DNA of 64,000 nt, counting the filler, from Lenisia limosa (taxonomy: Eukaryota > Protista > Breviatea): the NCBI GenBank assembly GCA_001655205.1. It is 11 parts of 11 records of this genome, joined end to end, with 100 filler letters (N's around TTAATTAATTAA, not from the genome) between each part and the next. Parts side by side here need not be neighbours in the genome. Positions count along the whole stretch, not along the records: positions 6,960 to 14,244 come from LPNZ01002674.1; positions 14,345 to 32,292 come from LPNZ01006233.1; 9 more parts are not named here. The stretch is one strand, 5' to 3'. A program made the position numbers and the translations under genes. This document shows positions 11,705 to 24,224 of this stretch, in pieces. Numbering within the stretch: the stretch's first letter is position 1; each line of letters begins with the position of its first letter. The notes under the pieces were generated by a model. That model had not been told where the DNA came from. It made no database searches and was given only the letters and a program-made list of their open reading frames with translations.

Positions 11705-13350
11705 CGTCACCTGACCATGAACACTAACCTGACCGTGAATATAACCTGGCCATGAACATCGGCCCTTTTTTTGTCTTTTTCTTTTTTTCAATATTACTTT
11801 ATATTGCTAACGATTTTGTCAATAAGTATGATACAACAAAAATTTTATTATCCCAGTCAACAATATATATATGACACCAACAAAGGCTTCACTCAGGTCC
11901 GAAAAAGACCGGTATAATACAAATATCTATCAATGAAATACATTTTTTAAGGACAAGAATGTAAATGTATCAATTAATGATAATTATATCATATATATAC
12001 ATTGAATATATGATATATTGAAGAAATAGCAGTTAACAGTACCAAGGTCATTTCCAAATGAAGTATTAAAAAGAAAAACCCGAGTTTTTTTTCCTGGGAG
12101 TGTTTTTCTGCTTTTTTTTTTACTGGAGATTTCTGGCCGGAAAACACAAGCTTACGGCCTCAGTTGAAAAAATGGAGGCAAACGTCAAAAAATTGCTTCA
12201 TTTCTTAAGCAATGAGTGTTTTCCTCAGAAAACTCCGAGGAACAAAAGAAGACAACCATGAAGAAAACAACGAGGAGGAATTCGAATGGAAAACACTGGA
12301 GTAGGGATTTTTTTTTTCACTTTTACAGTGGTTTTCCAATAAGAAAACCCTTTTTTTTCCTGGGAGTGGTTTTCTGATTTTTTACAAGGAGTTTTCCTCA
12401 ACAGAAAACTCCGAGTAACAAAAGGAAGACAACCACAAGCAAAAAAACGAGAGGTATTTCGATTGGAAAAGACTTGAATCGGATTTTTTCACTTTTCCAG
12501 TGGTTTTCCTGGAAAAATAGAGTGTGGAAAAAGTTTTTTGCTGGTAAAATACAGAATTTTCAAGAACAAATTTGTTCCAAAATATTTGTATACTTCAACA
12601 ACTCTTCGTAGCACTTCGTCTCTATTTTTGATCTGCTTAATACTGGAATCATCAAGAGTCTTTTACTTTTCGGGGTTTGTCAAAAGTCTACAGTTAGTTG
12701 CTGTACAACAACGTCATGCCTAATATTCGTCGCAGAGAATTCTGAAAATAGTGTTTTTTATTTCGATTGGCTGTAAATCGGCACAAAATTTCAACGAAAC
12801 AGACTCATCTGAACCTTCTAGACCCAGAAACTCCAGTGTTCTGGGGTTTGTGTTCACTTAATACAAAGATTTTCTTCGAGGTGTCACCAAGAGTTTCAAA
12901 CCTATCAAAAAAATTGTTCCGCTTAAAACAGTATCTGGTTTGAAGAATGACTTTTCCAGTATTCTAAAAACTATTTTCAAATTATCTTGACATCGCCTTT
13001 ATGGATAACAAAACAAAAGAGAACCGAGTTTTGTTTGAACCGGGGGTTGAAGGGGCAACATTTGCGTTAGCCAATTCCACCACTCCCCAAGTTTTTTCAA
13101 AAGAGAAATCTAGATCGAGTCGACATAAATGGAATAAGTTCAGTTCAGTTCAGTTCAGTGATTTTTTGTGTTTTATTATCCCAAGAAATTTTCTTCTCTT
13201 ATTTAACAGCCATTTTTAAATAAAACTGGGCAATTTTTGGGATATATATCGCAATTATGCGATATATGATAAAATAAACGAAAAAAAAAAGTCTGATGTT
13301 CACGGTCAGGTTATGTTCACAGTCAGGTTAGTGTTCACGGNNNNNNNNNN
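11705..13350. mobile_element. About 1.65-kb TIR DNA element (Tc1/mariner-pogo-like ends), decayed or non-autonomous
   Basis: Left end TA|cgtcacctgaccatgaacactaacctgaccgtgaatataacc is mirrored by gatgttcacggtcaggttatgttcacagtcaggttagtgttcacgg+10N+TA; the interior has only stop-riddled frames. Confidence 0.75.
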
Positions 13351-13409
13351 TACATACATGTATATATTTCATCTTTGAGTCTTTTGTTTCGAGTGTTTCG
13401 AGTACCTAT

Positions 13410-14195
13410 CAGGTTTTCTTTCGGTCCACAGAAGACTAAAACAAACAGAGATATACATAATGGCAACACGTATTAGGCAAACACTGTGGAGGTCTTTGAT
13501 ACCTGGGAAGTGAGAACGGGTAAAGTGTATCCCAGATAACTTTGTATCTGCAAAATGAAGCCTCACTTCCAAAATAAGACTCTAATCCCCAAAGTAACCC
13601 AAATAAGACTAACATTCCCAAAGAAAAGTACTGAATAGCATTAATTGTAAGTTAATATTCCCAAACAAGTCACCAAATTGGCAGAAACAAACTAATATCC
13701 CAACAGTCCCATCTCCCGCAAACGGGAGTTCCTGTGCCGGCGGTGTAGGTTGACACCGGGTACTNNNNNNNNNNNNNNNNNNNNNNNNNNNNNNNNNNNN
13801 NNNNNNNNNNNNNNNNNNNNNNNNNNNNNNNNNNNATTGGTCAAGAAGAATCGATTAGTCCACAATTCATTTTTTGGTGAAAATAATTGTCATAGTTTGC
13901 AATAAAAATGTCCCATTTGAAAACAATTCAGTGATCAAAAAAATCACTCAAAAATTTCTATTCGGGTATATCACAAAGTCGCGAAGTCAGTCCTGCTGTA
14001 TTAGAATCCCTATTAACATCCAATATTCCATTGATGAAATATGAGCATGATGACAAAAAAGTATTTTCACTTCTTAACTCTTTATTCAGCATAATCCTAA
14101 GGTCTGAGCCCTTTCCCACAGCTTGAGGGGTTGCTGCCGAAGACTTGTCCGCAAAAAGACTGGAAACATCCCCTGTACTAAGGAGTCGATTGTAT
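13410..14195 (-). CDS. Probable exons of an unidentified gene (fragment)
   Basis: Several short higher-GC segments bounded by AG/GT (e.g. YKVIWDTLYPFSLP, LLWTERKPDR); no family recognised. Confidence 0.3.
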
Positions 14196-14459
14196 ACGCG
14201 GAACTAAGCTGTTAGTTTGATTGTACCGCCCCTTGCTTATTGAANNNNNNNNNNNNNNNNNNNNNNNNNNNNNNNNNNNNNNNNNNNNTTAATTAATTAA
14301 NNNNNNNNNNNNNNNNNNNNNNNNNNNNNNNNNNNNNNNNNNNNAAACCAAAGTATACAGAAAGGCGGTGGTATGATGAGAAGTCTTGTCGGTGGGGCAA
14401 AAAACGGAGATCTTGGCGGGCAGCAGGGGCAAGAACAAAGAGAGGGCCTTGGCGATGCG

Positions 14460-15460
14460 TCGATCTGGGCACTAAAAAAGTGCAAACCGTTTTACGGGTT
14501 TCACCAACCCACAAGGTTGTGGAGTAGGGATATTCAATTGTTGTAAATCGAATAGGTGGTAGGTGGAGGAAAAGATGAAGGTGGTAAGGTGGTTAGGGGC
14601 GAGGTTGGAAGACAAAGGTGAGGTTGATGAGATGTTTGGAGGTGAGGTACGCCAGATACTCCCGGAATGACGGATATGTGGGGCCATGGAAGGTCATGAT
14701 AGGGTGAGTGGTGAGGTTACCCGTGATGACCCCCCTGGCGATGGCAAAGTCGAAATCGATGGGACCTGAAAGGATGTTCTTGACATCGCTGGCAATTCTT
14801 CTACGGAGGTCGACCATTGTCGGGTGTTCACAGACTGAAACGAGATGCCGTAGGGATTCAACGTGAGGTGGACTAGGAGGGGCAGAGAGGACAACGCGGG
14901 TTGGTGGATGGCAGACCATCAACGTCGAGTGGGTAGTGTGCCACTTAGAATGCGGAGGGGGAGCTTTTGATTTGAAATTTGAAAATTTTGAAAAGACAAA
15001 AATAAAATATGAATTTTGAAAGAACAATAAATGTATTTACATATAAAAATAACATTCAGTAAAAAAATATGAATTTTTTGCAACAAGAATGTAGATGTAT
15101 CAATTAACTAAGAGAGGAATACAAATAATACACATTCTGTACAAGAAAAGAAAGGAAACAAGATAAAAACTAGTACAACATAATTTATACCACTTCAGGT
15201 GGGATGCGATCGGGCGATGTTGGCGTGTGATGGAAGGGAAAGCGGGCGGACTTCTGGGTAGCGGTAAACAGACGGAGTGAAGCGGCGGGATGGTGACTTC
15301 TTCTGACGGGCGCGGCGAGTGATCTGGGCACTTGGAGTGCAAACCGTTTTACGGGATTGTATTCAATTGTTGTAAATCGAATAGGTGGAGGTATGAGGGA
15401 AAGAAGGGGTAAAGTTGGTAGGGTGGTTATGGGTGAGGTTGGAAGACAAAGGTGAGGCTA
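14460..15460. repeat. Degenerate direct repeat pair (about 14460-14630 and 15320-15460) in GC-rich, coding-like DNA upstream of the tRNA
   Basis: Shared gatctgggcact..gtgcaaaccgttttacggg..tattcaattgttgtaaatcgaataggtgg..gaggttggaagacaaaggtgagg. Confidence 0.85.
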
Positions 15461-15553
15461 GGTATCATTTGAAAGGACAAAAAATGTTATAAAAGGCGGC
15501 GGCGATTTTCTGATTCCGATCGGGTTTGAATTTGAAGTGTCTGTTATTGTCTT

Positions 15554-15625
15554 TCCGATATAGTGTAGTCGGTAACACCTGGCGCTCTCACCGCCATACC
15601 CGGGGTTCGATTCCCCGTGTCGGAG
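15554..15625 (+). tRNA. tRNA-Glu (anticodon CTC)
   Basis: 72-nt cloverleaf: acceptor stem TCCGATA/TGTCGGA, anticodon arm TGGCG-CTCTCAC-CGCCA, T arm CGGGG-TTCGATT-CCCCG; followed by a T-run Pol III terminator. Confidence 0.97.
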
Positions 15626-15705
15626 TTTTTTTATTTTCTTTTGCTTGGAAGTTGTATTTCCCCCTCATCTAAAAGACTTTTACCACTCTTTTTCTCTTAT
15701 TACTT

Positions 15706-15801
15706 GGGCTTTCCTACGATCCGAAATATACCGTTAAAATATCGATATTTATCGAGGATTTATCGAAAAATTCAGCCTATTTTGGGACCGTAGGGAAGTC
15801 C
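15706..15801. mobile_element. MITE family A copy (cttccctacgg subtype); other copies listed in findings
   Basis: TIR-bounded ~96-bp element 80 bp downstream of the tRNA; near-identical architecture at 61215-61310. Confidence 0.8.
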
Positions 15802-16759
15802 TACTTATTACAAAGCTTGGACGTTTTTAACCGTTTCAAGCTTGCATATATGAGCTAAGTACAGCTAAGCCAAAAAATGAAATTGTGTACCAATGACTTT
15901 TTTGAAAAAACAAAGAATTAGTGCCCCCACCACCACTACCCACATCTTTACGTTCCAGGTCCGACGCTCCTCCCCCAACATCATATAAGCATGATGATAA
16001 TTTACTACTTTAATTTGGTGTTCCTGTTTCGTTTTTTGGGTATTGTGATAGTGGAATGTGTCTGGTCTATTGTATTGTCCGCTAAAGTTGGCTTTTAGCG
16101 GTTCCATCATGTAATTGTTTCTTTCTTTCATTCGCTTTTATGAAGGGGGGGGGGGATTGTTTCACGTAAATTTGAATTCTGCTAACAAAGATATGCTTTC
16201 AAAATTCAAGTTTGTATTCGTTCAATTGTTGTCAATAATTAATATCTTGTGTCATTTTAAAAAAATGCCTGGACACCCATTTTACCATATATGATATAAT
16301 GATATCACGACTAAATTTCAAGATGTAGTTCTTGAAGTATAAATGAGTACGATGAGATAAACGTGAGAATATCATATACTTCGGCTGCTAACAACATACT
16401 TACGGAATGGAGCCGGAGATGTTGAGGGTATTGAAGGCTTTAGGGGCTGGTTTGTTTCCTCTTTTCTATTGCCAGGTTCAAATTCTTGTCGAAGTCGAAA
16501 AATGTCTGAAAAACTTTTGATACATAAAGAACAACATACCAGCAAACAGATCCGTTCAGGTCTATTGACTCAAGAGAACTTAGAAGACAAAACAGCCGTG
16601 CTTCAACAAAAAAAAAAAATAAGTCAAAGAATAAATAGATGGGGGGGAAGGAAGGAAGGCCCAGTTTAGAGAGCCTAGTGAACAAGTTTCATCCTCCCTC
16701 CCCCAGTCCTTTCAGCTTTGAATACAGAATAAAATACTAAATCAAAAAGTAAACACCAT

Positions 16760-17537
16760 CTACTCAGCAGCAGCCTTCTCTTTCGGTTTCTAAAACGATT
16801 ACAGCTGTTATGTACTGAACAATCATGGAGAAAAGTTAATACAGAAACGAGTCAAATACAATACTTTCAACAAGGTGGAAGGTAGATACTATCTTCTTTT
16901 GAAGTGATAACAAGAAAAACAAACTGTCACCTTTTCATTACCAGACCTGCAATACGGGTATGTTTGGCAAGTCTGACCCACCAAAAACAAAACAAAACAA
17001 ACAAAACCGAACCACTTTGACTGTCCCCCACCACCCCAAANNNNNNNNNNNNNNNNNNNNNNNNNNNNNNNNNNNNNNNNNNNNNNNNNNNNNNNNNNNN
17101 NNNNNNNNNNNNNNNNNNNNNNNNNNNNNNNNNNNNNNNNNNNNNNNNNNNNNNNNNNNCCGATCTCATACCCACCTCCTCGGTAGTGCCCGTCTGGCTG
17201 GCAAGATCAGCGATGGATTTCTCAAGCTCATCAATACGCTGCCCCATCTCGTCAATACGGCCAACGACCTGTTCTGACATATTCTGGAACTTTGTTTGCT
17301 AAAATGCCGTGAATTATTATGCGGTAAAGTGAAGAGGAATATGACTACAAAGCAACTAGGGTTCTTGACTTGTATGATAATTGTTCAACAATAAGATACA
17401 ATCAAGGGTGCATAGTCAGTGACCCAAATCTCCCCAATTTACAATAACTAGCATACCATAGACTGTAAAAGGTTCTGAACAAAGAGGGAGAGGTCCTGGG
17501 GTGACTGCATGTCTTCAAGTTTTTTGTTGTCAGCCAT
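16760..17537 (-). CDS. HSBP1: Heat shock factor binding protein 1
   Basis: [27 protein letters not shown]|[32 protein letters not shown]...; exons 17457-17537, 17176-17298 and probable last exon 16760-16789. Confidence 0.93.
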
Positions 17538-17714
17538 ATTGATGCTTCGAAATAGAACTAATTAATTCACAATCCGTTGAAAACAAGAGCCAGAAGAGCG
17601 AACGAGAGAAGTAGAGAGAAGTCTCCGGAAAATCTCAATAAAAGGGTATAACTCTGGAGGGGACACATTTAAGTAATTTGAATCTAAAAGAAGACCTCTT
17701 TTTGCTCTGTTATA

Positions 17715-20509
17715 ATGTCAGGATATTTTGAGGACATAAGAAAGCTCTTGGCAAGGGCCGAGCTTTCCGAAAAGAAATCAGCGATTGATCTTATGTCGAG
17801 AGCCAACGCAGTAAGAGGCTTAGCCTTAAAAGCCCTGTTCTAACATCTAATTATAGCACAAAGACATCGTATCCCAGGACCACAGAGTTGCAAAGGACAT
17901 TCATAACGTTCAGAGTATTTCTCAACAGGCTCTTCAGATTTTGACTTCAGAGTAGGCTAAATTGTCTTGTAGATGAATTTATAACCGTCTTTACTTATTT
18001 TCATCCAGGGATCACAAGAATGAGGTCAAAATTTTCAGAGACCTTAGAGGAGAAGATGTAAGCTTCTTCTGGAGCTCCCTTACCACCTATTCTGTTTTAT
18101 TTTGTATTAATTTCCATTTTACGCAACCAGGCCTTCCAAGCAATGTATCACATGGTCAGAACGACTGTAGATCCCAACAATGGTTGGTTATCAGTCTTTT
18201 TCTCTATTTCTTCATTTAATTTTGAGTTTATTTTTAATATCAATATGCTAAGTCCGCTTAAATTGTTTCATTTGTCGAAGAACTTTGTTTTGGTTGAGTC
18301 AAGCTCATCTTTTCAGCCGACGTTATCAAGCCTGAAGATGTCATTCCCAAACCCAACATTGGAGCTGCAAGTAGGCTCATTGGATTCAACTAGTCGTATT
18401 TTTTAATTCATGATAGTGGACGGACATAGGCTATTTTGGCCTTCTTAAGGATTGAAAACTGCTCCTCCCTCATTGGTCTAATCAATTTCTCACTGTTCAG
18501 TTCCTGTTCAGTTTACATCCGAGGAGGATATGGGTCGTCATCTTGACCTTCATCAGTGCTACAGCGAGGTATTTCATGGGGATATAGCCCTTGCATTTTT
18601 TTTTTTTTTTTTTTTTTTTTNNNNNNNNNNNNNNNNNNNNNNNNNNNNNNNNNNNNNNNNNNNNNNNNNNNNNNNNNNNNNNNNNATCAATTTGAATTAT
18701 CATTCAACGTTATCTTAATGTTATCCTTTTCAGTACCGCAACCTTGGAACAAAGCCAGACCAAAAGGACAAGACACGAATCTTCCCTGAGGCAAGTGAAA
18801 ACCTTGAGTACAGAGAATATCTTGAGAAGTTCGCGACTATGCTTGCCAAGGTCCAAAGAGGCCGTAAGAATGGACCGTACAGAACCTACATTACAAACCT
18901 GAGGGACTACTTGAAGGTTTGAGAGGGATATTTGTTGTCTTAAAAAGTGGTATTTCTTCATGAATTTAGGGCTTCATCACACGTGCGTTGCCGTTGACTG
19001 AAATTGAGAATGTTCTCAAGTCGGCTACTCTTGAAGCTGAGCAAGACTGGGAGGATCTGTGAGGGGGGCTAGGTTTTATCAAGCACATCAATAATTATGC
19101 AGTAAATCTTTTCGCGCAGTTTATTGTACACTCAACCAATCTGGTCTTTTTTAAAAAATACTACTCACCACTCTCTCTACTAACCTTGACAGGCAAGAAG
19201 AAGGTGAGGAAGTTGACGGGCTGTTCTGTGAGTTTTGCAAGAAGAACTTCAGCTCAGACTCGGTGTATCAGCACCATCTTAACGGCAAGAAGCACAAGAG
19301 AGCTGAAATGGTATGTGGGCAAAGTGCTATCCAATGTCAGCCTTGACATAGAACCTTAAGGGGCGTTTTTAACCCTTCTAGATGTCTAAAAAGAAGGCGA
19401 AGACAGGAGAGGTCCATCAAACGTTTGTAGGGTACCCCCCCCCCCTCACCCACCCAGCTCATAGTTATAATCTTTTTTTTGTGCAACTCATAACTTCAAT
19501 TAGACTGCGCCAAAAATTTGAGAAAGAATGTATGATCATTGAGGCACATGTGTCCCATATGTCTGATATTGTTGCTGATCACGTCGCGGATACCAAGACG
19601 TTCGTTGAACAGAAGCAATCTAGAAGTTATGAAGAAATTATTGTAGGGGGGGGGGGGTGNNNNNNNNNNNNNNNNNNNNNNNNNNNNNNNNNNNNNNNNN
19701 NNNNNNNNNNNNNNNNNNNNNNNNNNNNNNNNNNNNNNNNNNNNNNNNNNNNNNNNNNNNNNNNNNNNNNNNNNNNNNNNNNNNNNNNNNNNNNNNNNNN
19801 NNNNNNNNNNNNNNNNNNNNNNNNNNNNNNNNNNNNNNNNNNNNNNNNNNNNNNNNNNNNNNNNTTTACAAGGTTGCTGGATGTTGAGCTTTGTTCGGTC
19901 ATACAATATGGCTTCGGTCAGATACAACCTTGTTTTTTTGTTTCTCATTGCATCAGTGAGATATATTACCTTACTATATTTCTCACCAACATAGCTCCAC
20001 GGTCTTAATTTCGAATTCAACTGCAAGATTTGTGGCGAATGCGTTCGAGGCAGAAAGTGACTGGGTTTTTTTTGGGTGCTCTTACTTTTTTGTTTCTTTC
20101 CATCTTTTACCCTATTTTATTACCGCGTAGGCCCTTTGAGCAACATTTCCACCAATGGAGGCATAGTCAGGGTCTCAGGTCTATCGGCATCCCCAACACG
20201 ATACATTTCAAGGTTAGTTCTTTCTTCCAAAATAGTGGAACAATCATGTTGTGGCACAATTGCGTAACTCTCTAGGAGTTGACTGACCCCGAAGACGCAA
20301 AGGCCCTTTACCAGAAACTTTTAGTGGGTGATGGTGCAATAATCCTTGGATACGTTTTGAATCATTTTCATCCATTAACATTTCAGTTGGAAGGCAAGAT
20401 CATGTCATTTGATCCGGACCAAGAAGAGGAGTGTGAAGATGCTGAGGGACGTGTGTACAACAAGAAGACCTATAAGGACCTTGTTCGCCAAGGCCTTATT
20501 GATGATTAA
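17715..20509 (+). CDS. SF3A3: Splicing factor 3A subunit 3 (SAP61/PRP9)
   Basis: Motifs FTSEEDMGRHLDLH, CKKNF..HLNGKKH, LHGLNFEFNCKICG, FEQHFHQWRHSQGLRSIGIPNTIHF and terminal EEECEDAEGRVYNKKTYKDLVRQGL. Confidence 0.95.
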
Positions 20510-20991
20510 TTTATCTTTTTCAATCCAAACCTGGTTATTTTATTGCTGGGTTCGTACAGACAAGCCATCTGCAAATCTGCAAGCCAACATTGAGCCAACA
20601 AGTCCTTCTTGATTAAAGCTAAGATTACAGCTTTCTTGTTATTACGTACGACTACCGTACGAGTTGCTCTTGGGTTGTTCTGGGGTTGGGCGCAAAAGCA
20701 ATGCACTGTAACAAAGGCAGAATTACGGTGGCGTAGGACTGTTCTTTTCTTTTTGGTTTTTTGTTTTTTTCAATTATTTAAACTTCTATTTTAGCCTCAT
20801 TTGCTCCTTTCGTCATATAATTAAGAAAGAAAGAACACACAGTTGATAGTATCACCTTTTGAACCATGAGCTGATCTTCCTGAACCCTTCTGACTTCTTT
20901 ATCTAGCCGACTTGGCACCGAAAAGCCTATAGAGCGGGCATCAGCCAAAAGGGTTGCCCTTCATTGAACATTCTCACTGGGACCTATCGAC

Positions 20992-22121
20992 ATGACTCAC
21001 ATTCACTGTGGCTGCGGAAACATTACCATCCACTCTGGTGGTAAGGTGAGTGTTTATCTCTGAATTGGGTTGGTTCTATTCAGTTTCCCTTTTTAAAAAT
21101 TTCATTGAATTCTGGACAATTCGATGTCACTTTTTTTTCTTTTGGAACCGAAAATAGTTCCTTCTTTACCAGTGACCTCCCTTTCTGATAAGCTTTCCCA
21201 AATTACTCGTACTGACACAATCCTTATTGTGAAGGAACTGCATTTGTTAACTTCTTTAATACGACATTTTGAGGTTTATCATTCCTGATTTTGACGATAT
21301 TCTTTAATGTTCTTAGGTGGATGCACCTCCAACAACGGGGCCGTTGAACCTTGTGCAGTGTATTAAACTATCGATTGCTGGAGTAAGTATCAAAAAGAAG
21401 GCTCTTGTGACAACTAGTGCTTGCGAGGACTTTAAGGTTGTACCAGTGCTCCGTTCTGATAAATTACCCATTCAGATATCATCATGTTTTCTTTGTGGTT
21501 TCCATTCTGTCTTTGATTCAAGCAATGAGCAGTCAGCTTTACAAACGGTGAATTTCAAACCATTTCCGGTTGGGGAGTCTTCGTATTTTTCCATCTTTGT
21601 GTCACGAATTACCTTACAAAGTGTGCACGGAATGATATTACTAAATTATATATACTATGTACATGTCATCTCGCTTCAACCCTTTACGGTACCAATTATC
21701 CAGGTCTTTGCAACACACCCTGACTATCCGAACATCGCCTTCATTGACCCGGTCTTGCCTGAACAAAGAAGCCCTGTATCCCCCCATTCAATCCTAGAGC
21801 CAGAGGTCCAGCGAGAGGTGGGGGGGGGGCTCTTTTCAAAAAAATTTCTTCTTTAATTCTCTTAAGTGACAACCCTCTTAGTTTATTCTGTAGTATTCTT
21901 ATTACTACCAGAGTGAAGAGTCAGAATCCGTGACAATGGGATTTGAGATGGACAGTTGCCCTATTAGGACCCCGGAACCGACTTCAATTCCATCGCATTT
22001 AGAAGACACGGCGTCATCCGCTTTCGGTGTTCGTTTACCATCATATGTCTTCACCCCTCCCAATCTGCCATCCCCCTCACAAGACACCATTCGTCAAGGT
22101 TTGACAAGCTTGCTTTCATAA
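20992..22121 (+). CDS. Hypothetical protein, PRAS40/Lobe (AKT1S1)-like by motif layout
   Basis: N-terminal HCGCGNITIH plus SCFLCG cysteine pairs; C-terminal acidic/Pro-rich tail with GFEMDS and SPSQDTIRQGLTSL; GT-AG exons. Confidence 0.5.
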
Positions 22122-22599
22122 AATTATCCATGGGTTGATGTGACGGAATGGAATAGTGGCTCAACTTTATTATAACATACACGCTTAAGACTCATTACTT
22201 TGTATTTTGCTATATATTGTAAACTAAGTGGTGTGGATGGCTTCAGCTAGATGGTTCACTTTTTTTCTCCCATTTTACTACCCTATTGAAGCTGTATCTA
22301 GCTCTCAAATTTCTAGCATCAGAGGAATCAAATGAACTTTGCAAAGAAGCCATTCATATTGAACAAGCAAGAAGTGAAGAACGAATCAAGTGGGTGATCT
22401 TTTCTTGTTTAATTCTTGAAGGCAATTTCTTCAAAAGGAGAAGAACGATTTGGCTCTTTTTTCAAAAGAAATCTCTGCACGTTCAAAGGTCTATAATGTA
22501 TGCTGGGTATTTTTTGTCCCCCCCTCCCCTTTCTTTTTTTGTTTTAAAAAAGGGTATTCATACGGTTTTTGTGTTACCTACATGTATCTTTATGCTAAC

Positions 22600-24224
22600 T
22601 AGGGTATATTGTCGCTTGCTCTTCAAGCCGCAAAAGATAACAGTTCCATTTTACTTCCCAAAGAAACTTCGACGATGTAGGAAAGGGAATGTTGTGCTTG
22701 GAATTTTCTTGATAATCCAACTGTTATCACATCATAGAGAGGAATCTACGGAAGAGCGCCTACCATCCCGGCCTACAACTCCCACTAAAGCTGTATGCGT
22801 CTCTTAGAGCTGACTCAATGTTCTGACATCCTCAGATTCACTTATCTAAGCACATTGAAGCACCTGATTCCCCGCATCCTGAGAAGCACCTTGCTTCTTC
22901 TGTATGGGGAGTTGGAGTAAAACGACGGGGGGGGGGTATTTTTGCTGTACCTTCACAATGTAGACCCAGGACTCCTCCAATCGAGAAATTTTGCTTCCCG
23001 GGAGAGCCCTAAATTTCGATACCTCTGTGCCTCCAGGTATGCGGATAAAGAGACTTTGATTATCGGTTTTGATACTTACAATTCAGAGCGAAAGAAGTCG
23101 GGAGGATTTGGTATGCCTCCAATTAGCGGGGTATGCGGGTTATTTTTGCCGACTACTGTGATTTAGTTTGATATTCTCTAGAGTTACCTAATTGTTAGCC
23201 CCCCCCCCCCCGAAGCTGAAAAATAATGCCTTTAGGCCTCAATCAAAGCCAATGCTCCTTCAGACAAGGTCAATAATCCAAAAGATAGTAACAAGTCTAT
23301 TCCAAAGAGAGGTTGGTAGCAAAAAAACAAGACAACAGTGTGATTTTATTGAGTTTACTATTGGTCTCATTCCACACTTCTTTCATACCTTAGCATCTTC
23401 TGGTGAATTTACCATGGGAGATTTTGAGGACTTAGATGAAGGTTGGAGGAGGGATTTTGGTATTATTTAAGGAAATTGGCAAGCTCTTATATAGATTTTT
23501 CCCGAATAGTGATTCCTAGTTAGAGTATTTATTTGCGTCTTCATAGCGTGTCAAAACCATGGTGGAAAATCCATTATTTTACTTTCTTAGTCCCCCCAAG
23601 CCTGTTTAGTGTAATACCACCGATATTTCAATTTACTCTATAATATGGTTACTACTATGATGTGATGACTTGTTCAGACTCCACCACCGCTGCGGTCGAC
23701 GACATGGAGTGGTCAGATGATGATGACGCAGTTCAAGTTACCTCATCCACTCAAATCCCCGACATGATGGTGAGAGAAGGGCTTTCTTGTTTGAGATTGT
23801 TAGCACTTTTTAATGAGATTAGGGACGTAGTCTTCCTATTCACATGGTTCATGCTGTGCCTTCAACTACTGGATGTGGGTGGACGGGACATGGTGGTGGT
23901 TTAACGGATGACGCTAACCATTTCAGTGACAAGAAACCAGCAGCGTACCTTTTCCATGAAGTCTCGTGAACATCTTCATGAGAAAGAAGCTGCTCCAGAT
24001 ATGTCATTCCAGAGCCTCAAAAATGTCGGTTTGGTGCAAGTAATTCCTTAATGTTCTTTCATCTCCAAAAGGATGAAACTACTTTCAGGCAAAAGATAAT
24101 CTAAATTCAGAAATTCCAACCCAATCCTGTTGTGGAAGATCCTTTTGAAGTGCCCCTCTCTTCCAGTTATATGCCACCATCTGCTTTGCTGAAATCACGC
24201 AATCTTGCGTCCACTTTACTTTAG
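22600..24224 (+). CDS. Multi-exon low-complexity (S/P/D/E-rich) hypothetical protein; start uncertain
   Basis: About nine GT-AG-bounded exons, e.g. EESTEERLPSRPTTPTKA, AVDDMEWSDDDDAVQV. Confidence 0.6.

Noticed and set aside
11711-11760. Short spaced repeats resembling a CRISPR array
   Set aside because: No unique spacers; they are TIR subrepeats of a eukaryotic transposon
13712-13762. Two GC-rich hairpins (ctcccgcaaacgggag; cggtgt..acaccg) as a possible ncRNA or Helitron end
   Set aside because: No CTRR terminus or recognisable RNA family; the region is truncated by a gap and more likely an exon on the minus strand
16367-16669. About 100-codon open frame between the tRNA and HSBP1
   Set aside because: No ATG, no recognisable motif and no convincing exon chain; not supportable as a gene
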